A stretch of DNA of 63,849 nucleotides, filler included. It is 4 parts of 4 records of this genome, joined end to end, with 100 filler letters (N's around TTAATTAATTAA, not from the genome) between each part and the next. Parts side by side here need not be neighbours in the genome. Positions count along the whole stretch, not along the records: positions 58,796 to 63,849 come from SRR22947725_2492; 3 more parts are not named here. One strand, 5' to 3'. Positions 63,576 through 63,849 of this stretch are shown piece after piece. Each line of letters begins with the position of its first letter. Positions within the stretch are counted from its first letter, which is position 1. Made by a program: the position numbers and the translations under genes. The notes beneath the pieces were generated by a model that saw only the letters and a list, made by a program, of their open reading frames with translations, did not search any database and was not told the origin of the DNA.

Positions 63576-63849
63576 AATTGGCAACTCTGGATTATCTAAG
63601 TATATTTGCTTTATTAATGGTAGTAGTTATTGGATTGCCACACGGAGCATTAGATGGCGCAGTTGCTATGCATCTTGGTGTGGGTAGAAGTATAAATGCT
63701 ATTTTAAAATTTTTGGCATCTTATTTATTATGTGCTATTTTCGTCATAATAATTTGGTATAATTTCCCAGATTTATCACTTGTCGTATTTTTGATTATTT
63801 CTATGATACATTTTGGGTGGGGTGATGCAAATTCAAATTTACGGCCTCA
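63569..63849 (+). CDS. blh: Beta-carotene 15,15'-dioxygenase (3'-truncated)
   Basis: GLPHGALD, SMIHFGWGD. Confidence 0.92.
   Translation, partial: MVELATLDYLSIFALLMVVVIGLPHGALDGAVAMHLGVGRSINAILKFLASYLLCAIFVIIIWYNFPDLSLVVFLIISMIHFGWGDANSNLRP

Overview
Composite window of four contigs joined by N-padded TTAATTAATTAA (all-frame stop) spacers at 31791-31890, 43272-43371 and 58696-58795, so adjacency across spacers is artificial. (1) 1-31790: very AT-rich, streamlined marine alphaproteobacterium (SAR11/HIMB59-like by composition; inference). It carries core genes (putR-putA, rppH, ctpA, rsfS, nadD, proAB, obgE, rpmA, rplU, metXW under a SAM-II riboswitch, a chorismate mutase-HisC fusion with tyrA, lysA, argH, an acyl-CoA ligase-metY-hydrolase operon, coq7, dsbB) and ends in a tRNA fragment. 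(2) 31891-43271 and (3) 43372-58695: GC-rich, very compact green-algal nuclear DNA with spliceosomal introns and TGTAA polyadenylation signals (FtsH2, V-ATPase e, RPS3A, NDUFA6, CYP97B, TFIIIC Tfc4, an [FeFe]-hydrogenase, a kinase, GT31, SEL1L/HRD3). (4) 58796-63849: AT-rich bacterial proteorhodopsin plus crtE-crtI-crtB-crtY-blh retinal cluster. The main discovery is the seemingly empty 2 kb between RPS3A and NDUFA6. It reads as a minus-strand, spliced, non-coding host gene whose introns hold six box C/D snoRNAs with identifiable rRNA targets. One intron is filled almost end to end by an RNase MRP RNA, there is a possible zero-length (recursive) exon, and one structured RNA is unclassified. 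An intron-containing tRNA-Ser(UGA) also sits inside a GC-AG intron of SEL1L. All calls are by eye; no database searches were run.
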